A stretch of 63,673 bases of DNA, the filler included, from Phoronis australis (Eukaryota > Animalia > Phoronida): NCBI GenBank assembly GCA_002633005.1. It is 3 parts of 3 records of this genome, joined end to end, with 100 filler letters (N's around TTAATTAATTAA, not from the genome) between each part and the next. Parts side by side here need not be neighbours in the genome. Positions count along the whole stretch, not along the records: positions 29,753 to 58,194 come from NMRA01000080.1; positions 58,295 to 63,673 come from NMRA01002347.1; 1 more part is not named here. One strand, written 5' to 3'. A program made the position numbers and the translations under genes. Positions 51,301-62,435 of this stretch are shown piece by piece. Position 1 is the stretch's first letter. Each line of letters starts with the position of its first letter. The notes under the pieces are model-generated. The model searched no databases. It was not told where the DNA came from and was given only the letters and a program-made list of their open reading frames with translations.

Positions 51301-51845
51301 AGGAGTACATTCTCCAAATTGACAAGAAAATCAAAGAGCTTGAACAGGAAAAGAAAGCCATTCTTGAAGCTAGCGCCACCTTTGGTGCATTCCTGAAGCA
51401 AAACGCTTTAATTCCATTCAACGACGCTGTAAAAGACTACCTTCAGATGATTATTCAACAGGAGGAAGAAAAGACAGATGACTATCGAGATAAAGAGAAA
51501 ATGAACAGCATGACACGGCTTCTTCAAATGTATGAAGAGGACAAAAAACGCATAGATGAAATCGAAAAAGTCAATCCTATAACTCCAGAAGATATAAAGA
51601 GACAGCAAGACAAGTTATTTCGCCTTGAGCATTCTGGTAACACTTTGGAAGACATGTTCATTGGGATATCTATATCGAAGTCAGCTGAAAATGCTTCGTT
51701 TCCTGAGCAAGTTGTCCTTCTGTCTGAAGACGAGACGCCATCAGGACATCAGTCTCCGTCATTGCCTGCCCCCCATCAGAGTTCCCAGGCTCCAACGAAA
51801 GGAACTGCAAACAAGTTGTTTAATTTTTTCAAGGGCTTTTTCTAA
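48339..51845 (+). CDS. Main exon of ~1197-aa stonustoxin-like MACPF domain + Cys-rich + AIG1/septin-like P-loop GTPase + Cys/His + coiled-coil protein
   Basis: 3.5-kb uninterrupted frame after a ttttccag acceptor. SNTX-like motifs ATHVVVGIDWG and KGVPLVYALTPL. G1 GETGVGKS (50013), G2 SATQ, G3 DTPGIGD (50280), G4-like CFTNAR. Cys clusters at ~49755-49925 and ~50980-51205. E/K/Q-rich heptads near the C-terminus. Confidence 0.9.
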   Translation, partial: NRSILKVSASGLTFESDIDETSTTLVQSGSFVDKLDAFEVEPELQLSVMSGMVNLDDSWELPWQGEIEVSSPNSQLICIVKTVSDKINMKQNKQQIDTDILSAETEATHVVVGIDWGAVCSITCSHAVFSNTSMENSGEKLGEVMEKMKKAIATDGTCEKSTSIATSYTFTFKCHSKLSPPAQELKASYENILARARSMLEFVKESDNEKGVPLVYALTPLESVSKLLKLKIPLQTLFNSLEEDIIRKTVCTAQKLTNMKIKMQNIQRKLHASENYCTAQTLSQVDGYAKKISEDVDSFTAQVRLAVTKIQREKEDTKRLEVLEEDWAKYCQEENRAAEFEARVQMLEKTNLWEQKGIRYIGRKEQLDVKIAQKVYVFYVSGALANTKIGHFLGKYHTSYSDHDDTAFVVVDKSLRPDLWNGEECIKVYTNGCCTCEDLYKQEGENAESNFVLIKQKQEVKESTRKRAQLTICCPGSISCKCPKKRVMWKCFDCKLPIEYGLETGMCYCKCGSFKISDTQFRCTSVEHGMSFIDYPKALLQTELSHMKLFLEKNILILGETGVGKSTWINGVYNYLRFPTLQDAKDTTQPIALIPAGFEITTKDGKRYDIKIGKETAGEEKLETGCSATQSTKSYSFHGAGCRIRLIDTPGIGDSRGLEQDDKNFDNILQFLSSFDEIHAICILLKPNCSRLTAMFRFCVLELLAQLHSSAVHNILFCFTNARGTFYQPGDTLGPLNKMLKDKGIKLQADKENTFCFDNEAFRFLACLQNGVQFTKEEEELYAKSWEQSVDVTSNMFDHITKLPAHYVRNTISMNEARRITLALSKPMAEVAARIHENEQMANKQKNDIKENKIHMNELREGLRCTVYELERENLSHGMTVCTHNKCVDEVEVGKQKSKMTVFKTACHDPCDCFLWGAAPSTRYTATTGWCKCTRYKYVMSQPCTNCGHDYDSHMYVDYRLKQVERELIDEDVVQQILQKSTEKEQQEEYILQIDKKIKELEQEKKAILEASATFGAFLKQNALIPFNDAVKDYLQMIIQQEEEKTDDYRDKEKMNSMTRLLQMYEEDKKRIDEIEKVNPITPEDIKRQQDKLFRLEHSGNTLEDMFIGISISKSAENASFPEQVVLLSEDETPSGHQSPSLPAPHQSSQAPTKGTANKLFNFFKGFF

Positions 51846-54800
51846 TGTGAAGCCATGCATTAACTCGGATTCGCACAGCGAACTTCAGTTTTTCAGTCGT
51901 GGTACATGTATAGCCTTATTTTTTCTATGCGAAGCCATGACGTCACGAGCGAGAAGGTGCTTCAAGCTTTGACACTTATCTGCCTTCTTTCTTCTAGACA
52001 CACTATTTTTTCATTTCTGATTTTGTGAGAAGAATGACTTGGCCGAGTCTTAGCGCTTAGGCCCCATTTTCCACGGAAGTAACATTTAATGTTAATAAGC
52101 ATATGTGAGCATATGTACTGTAGTACATGGATGTTGACTACGATCTATAGTACTATTTTGTGTTCATTTGCACTTATTGTGGGATTTTTTGTATGAAGCC
52201 TGTGTCTCTTTTGTGGCTGAATGTTGTTTCGTATTCGTCAATGAAACATTCTAATATTGCACGAATCTTTTACACAAATATTTGCGTGTTGATTGACTCA
52301 CACAGCACCTTATTCTGGTGTGATGTTTATTATTAAAAGCGAAGTTTATATCATGAGTGTGCTTCTATAGGTTTAGTGGCAATTTCTGATTGTAATGTCC
52401 ATTGCGTACATCCAGTAAATAACTTAACGTTTGCCTTTTTATTGTAAGCCGGAAAAAGTTGTCTACATGTATAAACGAAAATGTTGTCAGCTGTATCGAC
52501 AAGGAATGAAGACCAATACGTGTAGTTAGGACGATTGCGCGATATAATTTGTTTCTTTGTAGATAAGCCAAAAGCAGCTAAAATGAATTCGGCCTATTTC
52601 TTAGCAAGCCTGTTCTTTGTTTTACACTAGCTTAGCAAACCGTAGAAATCTTTCGTTATGACTGTAAAAGTAGACAAAGGAGCATAAATTTTGTGTGTCA
52701 TGGTGTTGAGTGAGATTTTGTTTTTGAGAAGCGTTTAAGTTTAGCTTTCGTTTTCTTTTTGTGAGGTTATTGGGAAATTTATACGTAATTTGGTTACGGG
52801 ATTTCTGTTTTAACGATTATTTGAGTCAATCTGTAGACCAGCGGGTTTACTTTGCTTTGTAGGTGGTGGTGTTTGTGTTTTGGTAGATTGTTAGATAATG
52901 ATGGACTACAATAACTAAAGCACATGAGAGAAAACTACACGAATTTATACCTACATTAATGTTTTAGCTATGCTAAGATAAAGCAAGAGGAGATAATCGA
53001 ACCTTACCACGACCGCTGAACTCTTACCTGGGAAACTAAACACTTGTAAACCCTTGGTAGCGTTTTCTAGATTCGTAGACATTATCAAGCACTTGAGATA
53101 AAAAAGGTAACTCTGTATTTAATCAATTCGACAAAAGCTAAAATCACTCTGAGACTCGAGGCTGCCATTTTCCTAAGATAGACTCGTTACCTAAATCGCT
53201 TTTGCGAAAGCTTGCCTTTTAACACGAAACTTGGTCTACAAAACACTACTTTAACTACAATTCACTGTGCACTTGAAGTGTTCTAGTGCATAGGGTTATA
53301 ATTCAAGCTCTGTAGTGACTGTAGTGAGAGGTGTTTTGCTAGTCTTATGTATTTTAAGGAAAGTGGCAAGAGCTTCCTTCTCAAGTAAAGGTTCGATCAT
53401 CGCCCGTTAAAATGTTAGTTTTGGTTTGTCATTGTTCATATACCATTGATGTGTATGATTGATTTCTAGTGTGATAAATGCAAAAGTTATGATTATTGCG
53501 AGTCAGTGTACTTTATAATAAATAGGTTTGCATTCGCTAAAATTGTCTTCTTCTCTTTAAAAATGCAATGAATTATTATGCCCTGGAAAAGTTGTCAAAA
53601 ATTTTTCAACTTTTTCGAGACGCGTGTAACTATGTTTGATAAAGTTCACGTTTTCAAGTACGTTTAGGCGACCTATGCTGCAAATATGGTGCCCACTAAC
53701 AACACTGTCCTGTCCAGGGCCTTCAAAAGATAAATTAAACACCGGAAGGGAGCTGAAAAATATTCCCTTGAATTTCTCTTCTTCTCCATGTTTCGCCGTC
53801 TTTCTTTTCTCGAATGTCACACCTATGCTGGTAGCCGCGGTTTGACCCTGACGCATACAAATTCTTGTTGGCACTTGCCCACCGCACTGGCTCCCCCGCT
53901 TGCTAGGGTCTACCACAGGACGACAGCTCAGTTCCCAACAACTCTGCAGGTAGCAGCCGATTGGTCACTAAGAGACCACGGGTGTCTTGGGAAAAGGTTT
54001 AAAAACAAACTTTGTGATAAAAAATAAAAGACATTCGCTGTGAATCACCATTTTATTTAGTGATTAAACCGATACATTGAAGAAAACCAAAAAATGTCAA
54101 CAACGGTACTTGAAAGCTGAAACAATAAATTTGTTTTTCATATTTCAAAATATCTTTGGAGAAACTATTGAATAACCTGATAATTAAACTAAATATTCAA
54201 CAACATAACAACGTGTTGTAGCTTATTTTGAAATTCTCCCACGTTACGTTTTATTACTGACAGTTTTTAAGAAACAAGTGCAGGAAACAACTGTAAAATA
54301 CTTGGAGATGCTTCAACTTAAAGTTTGAGGCTACTGACATGAAAACTCGAAAATTTGTCCGGATTTTCTGTCCGATTCTCAGGGTTCCTGTTTTAAAGAT
54401 TAGGTTTTTTGTTCTTTGGGCTGGTTAGCTGTTTTGAAGGTGCGTAAGTCAGTTTTCGACTTGGGGACATCTGTTTTTCACCGGGGTTCCTGTTTCGGTG
54501 GAATACCCTATTACACGGAAACCTTTACAACTGAGATGGACTTTCACTTTGAATAACTGATATTAAAAATAGCGGTGACGTATTGAATGAAAAATTCCTC
54601 CAGACTGCGATCAAGTCTTTGGTAGACAGGCGTTCAGCGCCACCCAAAGATCCCATGTATTGCGGACGGCAGATTTCTACGTTTTAACACTTTTCTTGCT
54701 ATCATAATGTCGGACAATTTCTTTGTTGTTTATTACTTAATTAACAACAGTTTTCACTTGTCTAATTACTGGTTATCATGTGATAAATTAATTACTGGAT

Positions 54801-55067
54801 TTAATCATCCTCTCTCCATCTACGCACAATCTCAAAGCATAGCTACATTTTAAACAAACTCACAGGCAATTTCTGACAACAACTTCACTAGAAGGTTTAT
54901 TCATATCCATGAACAAAAAACTTCATGCCGACCAACCCGCGATCAAGAACGAAATTTGGCGCGAGAAGCGAAGCGAGACAATGTACTTAAATTTGATGAA
55001 TTTTCGTTCTTTTCACTTTCAATATGAAACCAGAGACCTGAGTTCAAGCCGTAGCACACTGAGGAAG

Positions 55068-55212
55068 GACAGGCAGAGGTTTAGGCCAGTTTCTGTTCCA
55101 ATTATTGGAGAATAGTCACGGTAACAGAAGCAACACATGAGACAGGCAGAGGTTTAGGCTAGTGTCTTCCAATTATTGGAGAATAGTTACGGTAACCGAA
55201 GCAACACATGAG
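55068..55212. repeat. Direct duplication of ~70 bp (2 copies)
   Basis: GACAGGCAGAGGTTTAGGC..TTCCAATTATTGGAGAATAGT.ACGGTAAC.GAAGCAACACATGAG occurs twice. Confidence 0.8.
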
Positions 55213-55429
55213 CCGAACGCTTTTTTTCCGTTGTTTTGTCGGGATCTATAAATTTTGTACACTTTTTTCTTGAAAGAAGCGATCTAGAACGCAAATTTGT
55301 GTTTGTTTATGCGGTCGGTGATGGTGTGTACTGCTAAAACGTGAAAAGGGTTACAGAACAAGTGTGGTGCAATGATCTAATCACATTTTGTGTCATTACT
55401 GTGTTACTTTTGTATCAAAGACTAAACAG

Positions 55430-55572
55430 TAGCATAGCATATGACCATAAAATTGCTATTCACACTGCACGTACACTAAGCGTACTATTTTAATTATGAA
55501 CAGTAACATAGCATATGACCATAAAATTGCAATTAGCACTACACGTACACCAAACGTACTATTTTAATTATA
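55430..55572. repeat. Direct duplication of ~72 bp (2 copies)
   Basis: CATAGCATATGACCATAAAATTGC..CACT.CACGTACAC..CGTACTATTTTAATTAT occurs twice. Confidence 0.8.
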
Positions 55573-55653
55573 GACTTTCAAAAATGATTTTATTTTTATT
55601 TCAAAGAACATTTTCAGTTATTACTGCGAGGCGAGCTTCAACAAACATGAAAA

Positions 55654-57996
55654 ATTGTTAAAACTGTAGCTGATGAAACAAATGTTAAGCAAAATAAACA
55701 ACATATAGATACTGATATTTTATCTTCAGAGAGACAGGCCACACATGTTGTTGTCGGAATCATGTGGGGTGCAGTTTACTCTATAAGTTGTTACCGAGAT
55801 CTTTCTTCCAAAGCAAGCATGGAAAATTCTGATGAAAAGCTAGAAGAGGTGATGGAAAAGATAGAAAAAGCTATTGCTTCCGAGTGTGCCTGCAAGAATT
55901 AAGAGTACTTCCAATGCATCGTCATACACCTTCACTTTCAAATGCCATTCGAAGCTTTCGCCACCTGCAAATGAATTGAAAGCTACATATGAAGGGGTTT
56001 TGGCGCGCGCACGAAGCATGCCTGAATTTGTAAAAGAATCCGATAATGAGAAAGGTGTACCCCTGGTGTATACACTTATGCCCCTTGAAAGCCTGTCCAA
56101 ACTATTCAAGCCAAAGATCGTATTGCAGACGCTGTTCAATGCTTTGGACGAGGACATCATTAGGAAGACTGTCTGTACTGCCCAAAAACTCAGCAATATG
56201 AAAACCAAGATACAAAAGATACAAAGCAATTTGCATGCTTCTGAGAATTATTGTACAGTAGAAACGCTTGAACATGTAAACGAGTACGCGAAAACAATTT
56301 CTGACGATGCTGCCTCTTTCACAGCGCAGGTCACAAAGATTCGAAGAGAAAAAGGAGACACGAAGAGACTCGAAATTCTAAAGGAAGACTGGGCAAAATA
56401 TTGGCAAGATGAGAGCCGCATCGCGGACTTCGAAGCCAGAGTGCAAATGCTTGAGAAGACAAAGATGTGGGAGCAGCAGGGGATTCGTTACATTGGGAGA
56501 AACGATCAGCTTGACGTTAACATTGCCCAAAAGATGTACGTTTTCTACGCATCTGGGGTGATGGAGAACACTAAGAACGGTCATTTGTTCTGGAAATGTC
56601 ATGCGTCATACACTGATCACCATGACACAGCATTCGTTGTAGTTGACAGATCTTTGAGACCAGACCTTTACAATGGAGAAGTTTGTATTAAGGTGTATAC
56701 GGATGGTTGTTGCACATGTGAAGATCTTTACAAGCAAGAGGGGGAAAAGGTTGAATTATACCTTGTTGTTTGTGAACTGAAGAGAAAAGTCGAAGAGACA
56801 ACCCGAAAACGTGCGCAGCTAGCGATTCGTTGTCCAGGTTCCTTTTCTTGTAAATGTCCTGAACAACGAGTTTTGTGGAAGTGCTTTAAATGCTTATGTC
56901 CGATTGAATACGACCTGGAAACTGGTATGTATTATTGTGACTGTGGCTCTTTTAAGGTATCAGACACGCAGTTTCGCTGCAATTCCATAGATCCTGGGTT
57001 GTCTTTTATTGATTATCCGGAGGCTTCGCTTCAAACCGAATTGTCACATCTGCAACCAATTATTGAGAAAAACATACTCATCTTGGGCGAAACTGGTGTT
57101 GGAAAATCTACATGGATCAATGGGGTGTACAATTATCTTAAATTTCCTAATCTCCAAGCTGCCAAAGACATCAAAAACCCGATTGCCTTTATACCAGCAA
57201 GATTTGAGCTTACCAAAGATGGCAGACGTCATGATGTGAACGTTGGAGTAGAGAAGAGCGGAAGAAGAAAATTTGGAGACAGGGTGCTCCGCCACTCAAG
57301 TCCCGAAATCCTACTTATTCCAAGGGGCAGGCTGCAGAATCCGCCTGATTGACACACCGGGAATTGGCGACTCTCGTGGATTGGAGCAGGATAAAAGGAA
57401 TTTCGACAGCATTCTTAAATTTCTGTGTTATTTTGACGAAATTCATGCCATTTGCATACTTTTGAAACTGCGCAAGACTTACTGTCATGTTCCGCTTCTG
57501 TGTACAGGAGCTTCCTGCTCAATTGCACTCATCTGCGGTACACAACATACTGTTCTGCTTTACAAATTCAAGAGCAACGTTTTATCAGCCCGGTGACACA
57601 CTTAGTTCGTTGAATAAGATGCTTGGAGACAAGCGCATAGATCTACACGCAGGTCCGGAGAATACCTATTGCTTTGACAACGAAGCTTTCAGATTTTTGG
57701 CTTGCTTTCAGAATGGTGTTGAATTCAGTGAAAAAGAAGAAGGGCTTGATGCAAAGAGCTGGGAGAAATCTGTTCATGTCACGAGCAAATTGTTTGCTCA
57801 CATAACTGAGCTGCCTCCACACCATGTGCGCAATACCATTTGCATGAATGAGGCACGAAGGGTCACGGCAGAGGTGGCGGCTACGATACAAGAAAACGAG
57901 GAGATTGCAACTAAAAAGAGAAAATGACGTCCAAGAAGACAAAGTTCGTATGAGTGAACTAAACAAAGAATTGAGATGCACAGTATTTGACATTAA
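55654..57996 (+). pseudogene. Tandem pseudogene paralog of the MACPF-GTPase gene
   Basis: Colinear with ~48573-50950. Same G1/G3 motifs. Frameshifts at ~55895, ~57262, ~57470 and ~57925. Truncated at both ends. Confidence 0.9.
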
Positions 57997-58194
57997 AGTC
58001 CTTGTCTCACGCGTTGTTAACCCTTATTACATGGTTAGAAGATGTTATAAGGATCCAAGAAGTACCTACCCCATAACTAATACACGACCCGTACTCGAAA
58101 ACAGTTTAAATGAACGCGCCACTCACGATTCGCACCCGAAGAAACACCGCCATTTTGAACTTGCCGCGAACCCGGAAGTACAATTCATTCAGGA

Positions 58195-58294
58195 NNNNNN
58201 NNNNNNNNNNNNNNNNNNNNNNNNNNNNNNNNNNNNNNTTAATTAATTAANNNNNNNNNNNNNNNNNNNNNNNNNNNNNNNNNNNNNNNNNNNN
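58195..58294. other. Assembly gap / artificial spacer
   Basis: 44 N + TTAATTAATTAA + 44 N, identical design to 29653-29752. Confidence 0.95.
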
Positions 58295-59070
58295 TGCCTT
58301 GTCATTATACACCTCAGCGTCAGTTTCATTCAAATCTGTGGATCGGTTCTCTAGATATCATCCCGAAATGCGCTTTCGCAAAAAATACTGAAAAAGCCAT
58401 GCCCCAAACTCCAGGAGGCGGGGCACATAGTGACTCTCACTGGTCTGGTGATGCCCTACACTCTTGTGCCTAATTTCACCAAAATCCGACCATCCGTTTT
58501 CGAGATATCGAGCAGACAACCACACCACTGAACAAAGTGACAACAATATGCGAACACATATATACAGATATATGTGGTGGCATCAAAAGGATACTTATTG
58601 TCCATCTTACATAGCTAAAGTAAAACAAAGACAGTTGACAGAAACGAAAATAAAACGGTTGTCAACTTACTGTTTAGCTTCTCCACAACACGCCTTAGAT
58701 TTTTACGGATCTCGCGTCTCTCTTCCTCAGTTTGTGGAGGATCTGCAAATTAATTTGTCAACTTGAAAAATATGTGATAAGGATGCATTGTACGGGGTGG
58801 CAAAAAATTCCACTTGAAGAATATTCTTTACATATTTTTCAAGCTACAAGCAGTGACACGATTAAGATTATGTAGAATGGAGACCTTTGTAATGTGTTTT
58901 TTTAACACAGAGCCAGAAAGATTCTAATTATATATGCCACTAGTAAAAGAAAGGAAAAAGTTAGCATTTCATGATTGCTTAATAAACAGGTTTATAAACG
59001 CTACCTTAATTTATTCCAGTTTGAAGTTTGCAGTTTTAGCCTGGCCTAATAAATGCTCCCAGATTTTTAA

Positions 59071-59655
59071 TGAGAAAGGTATAGTGCAAGAAATGTAGTG
59101 AGAAAGGTGTAGTGCAAGAAATGTAGTGAGAAAGGTGTAGTGCTGGAAATGTAGTGAAAAAGGTGTAGTGCAGGAAATGTAGTGGGAAAGGTGCAGTGCA
59201 GGAAATGTAGTGATAAAGGTGTAGTGCTGGAAATGTAGTGATAAAGGTGTAGTGCTGGAAATGTAGTGAGAAAGGTGCAGTGCTGGAAATGTAGTGAGAA
59301 AGGTGTAGTGCAGGAAATGTAGTGAGAAAGGTGTAGTGCTGGAAATGTAGTGAGAAAGGTGTAGTGCAGGAAATGTAGTGAGAAAGGTGTAGTGCAGGAA
59401 ATGTAGTGAGAAAGGTGTAGTGCAAGAAATGTAGTGAGAAAGGTGTAGTGCTGGAAATGTAGTGAAAAAGGTGTAGTGCAGGAAATGTAGTGAGAAAGGT
59501 GCAGTGCAGGAAATGTAGTGAGAAAGGTGTAGTGCTGGAAATGTAGTGAGAAAGGTGTAGTGCTGGAAATGTAGTGAGAAAGGTGTAGTGCTGGAAATGT
59601 AGTGAGAAAGGTGTAGTGCAGGAAATGTAGTGAGGAAGGTGTAGTGCTGGAAATG
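59071..59655. repeat. 28-bp minisatellite, ~21 copies
   Basis: Unit GAGAAAGGTGTAGTGC(A/T)GGAAATGTAGT, itself two related 14-mers ending TGTAGT. Confidence 0.95.
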
Positions 59656-60919
59656 AAAACACTATCAGCAATGCTTTGTGTGTGTATATAGCGTCTTGAA
59701 ATTGACACCAATTGCTAACCGTGCAAAAGCGTTGGGTAAAAGCTGATCGCAGGATGAAGAACTATTTACGAAGACCCTGAGCACATGATGACTAAAGCTC
59801 CCATATTTCGTAGCGCAGAGGTGAGATAGTATCAAAATGTTAGATTTTTTTGGCTCAAAAGAAAGTGAAAATAGCCACGTAAGTCAGTAAAACAGACTAT
59901 TTTTATTCCGTATTGTGGGTAGTAGAACATAGAACTTAGCAGTCCACTTGGAAAGCTTTGTTTGTAAAAGTCAAATGAATGGATCAAGTTTGGATGTCTC
60001 AAAATTTTCATGCTTTTAGTCATTGTTTGCAAACATTCAGGTGTGTCCGCGTAACATCTAACAGAAACAGACAACGTAGAGAAAAAGCTGGGATTTTCTT
60101 GTGTCGAAAAACGGGTAAAATGTAACAAAACATAAGCAACAATTACTGCAAAGCCAAGTACGAAGTTTGGCGGCCACAGACCCGGAGAAGCATACACTGT
60201 ATATGCGATGGAAGCCAGACGGAGTGAAATTGGAAGCAACATCAACTAAGTGACTGCTCCCAGGTTTGAAAACGCACATCTCCACGCACAGGTGTGCACA
60301 GTGTTTAGGGAGCTGTAAGGTCAGAAAAGGACTGACACGTCAAATGCTCACCGTCAGGTCCACCATTAGGTACGTCATCGCTGCTATTGCCAGGGCGGCT
60401 GGTCAACCAGTTACCATCGCCAGCTTCTGAAATTCACCAACAATGAATATCATGAAACCCATCACAACTTGCTTTTAGGGACAACTTGGTCAGATTTAGT
60501 TACGGAACGTAATTCCATAAGACACGTCAATCCACTAAAGTACATTGATACAAATCAAAGTGTTTGAAAAAGGCCTGATACTGTTTCTATCACAGTGAAT
60601 ACAGACTCGAAATATGCGAGTAAATGCTTGAAAATACATCGGTCTTGGATTGACCGATGTGTTAAACGATGGTTCACAAAGTAATACGATGCGAATGTGA
60701 CACAACACATTATGAATGACAATATGCATTCAGAAAAATAACATGATGGTCAGGAGTAAAAAAATCATATAACAAGGACAATTCTTGTATGAAGGGCAGG
60801 AAATGCACTAAAACTAATATCTGTTGCGGTGTACTATACATTGCTCTTACGCAGATCTAAGAATTCAGTTATGATCATTGCTCATGACATTATCACATTA
60901 AACGGTATATTGTCTGTTT

Positions 60920-61348
60920 GACTTGCTGTGTGCGAACTTGGAATCCTGCTTAATCTGAAGATCGCATATGCATGAACTTGGAATTGAACATATTATTTGG
61001 ACAATCAGGTGAAATTTTTGTTCAGAGTAAAGAATTTTTGTAATTATTGGCTTTATGATATTAACTCATTTTCTTCTTTACCGCAACTTGTGTCAAAGAA
61101 TTGGAGGAATTCGTGATTAGTTAAAACAATTATTGTTCGGTGAATAAGATCACCAATAGCTGAAAAAAGATTAAAATTTGAATTTTATGATATTTTATTA
61201 ACATTTAACTTGGTTTAGTGCAGTGCAAATTTTTATCCACGTGAACATGATTATTTGAGTGAAATTGTCAAGTTTCCTCATGTATTCCAAGTTCATGCAA
61301 ATGCGATCTTGAGATTAAGCAAGATTCCAAGTTCACTCACAACAGTCA
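60920..61348. mobile_element. MITE-like element with ~60-bp imperfect inverted ends
   Basis: GAACTTGGAATC.TGCTTAATCT.AAGATCGCAT.TGCATGAACTTGGAAT (~60934-60984) is mirrored at ~61284-61334. No clear TSD. Confidence 0.65.
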
Positions 61349-62435
61349 CCACCATCATTTAATACTATTTACAATTGAACCAAATCATAACAACCTTCAT
61401 GTCTTCTAGTGTGGTCTTCCCCGTTTGATCTGGATGTGGAAGCACGCGGCATGTCACGATCAGGACAAGGTTATCACAAGGAATATATTTGGTAATCAGG
61501 TAGCCTGGCAATGGTGCTGGAGTAGTGGACACAGGCACAGGATATAGGGGTATGAAGTCTTTAGTCCACTGCCTTTAGTCTCTTGTGAAATCTGGGTATT
61601 TTAACAGTCGACAACGCCAGGGTGGTGGCGGAGGAATTTAATTATTATTGCGAGGTTGCTGATAGCGAGCGCAGCAAGTGTAGGAGTCAAGAACATCAAA
61701 TTGCTCGCACCAATCAATTGAACGGGTCTAATTTCGGTTTCATTCTGATACAAACAAATTCAAACAGCAATCAGCAAAACTGAGATGGACATCGCATTAG
61801 CATCCAGGAAGCACTGAAAATTAGAAACAAAAAATAACCCAGAATTAATCCGACCAAGCTTCGCCACAACTCTGCTCAAATGTTCAAAACCACTGACATG
61901 TCAATTTCTCTGACGTGATGCCCTCAAATGTTTCCCGCGTGTTGTCCCCAGGCATGCGTAACTGATCGCATGTTGAAAAACAATGCTGAAAACCGGTATG
62001 AATGAGAATAAAAGGGGAAAGATTAACTTAAATCGACAAATTTACATACTACTTTAAATTAAATCTTAAGCAGATGAGATAGGAATACATTTAATTCAAA
62101 GAATAAATGCAATTCCTGCACAGCGCCACATAGTGGCAGAGACTGGAAACAAAAGGATATGACGTCACTAGATTACTGCGCATGTCAACCTGAGACGGTT
62201 AACATGAATTTTCAAAATCTTGCCGTCGTTCTAAAGACTTCCGTGGTGACACGCTCTGTTGGTTCGAAGCTTCTCCTCGAAGTACATTGTACTGATGTAA
62301 GTATCCAAACCACTTAAAGGTAACATTAATGTATTTTCAATAATGTTGTACCCGAATATTCATTCGTGGGCGGGTGTGGTCGAGTTTTTGCTGAACGGAA
62401 CAGGATGAGGCTGAGAACGGAAGCAGGCCAAGCAG

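Noticed and set aside
48384-51972. Short antisense and alternate-frame ORFs overlapping the large exon
   Set aside because: Expected shadow ORFs of a long coding sequence.
59036-59711. Two ~210-aa His/Thr-rich repetitive ORFs
   Set aside because: Translations of a 28-bp minisatellite that happens to lack stops on one strand.
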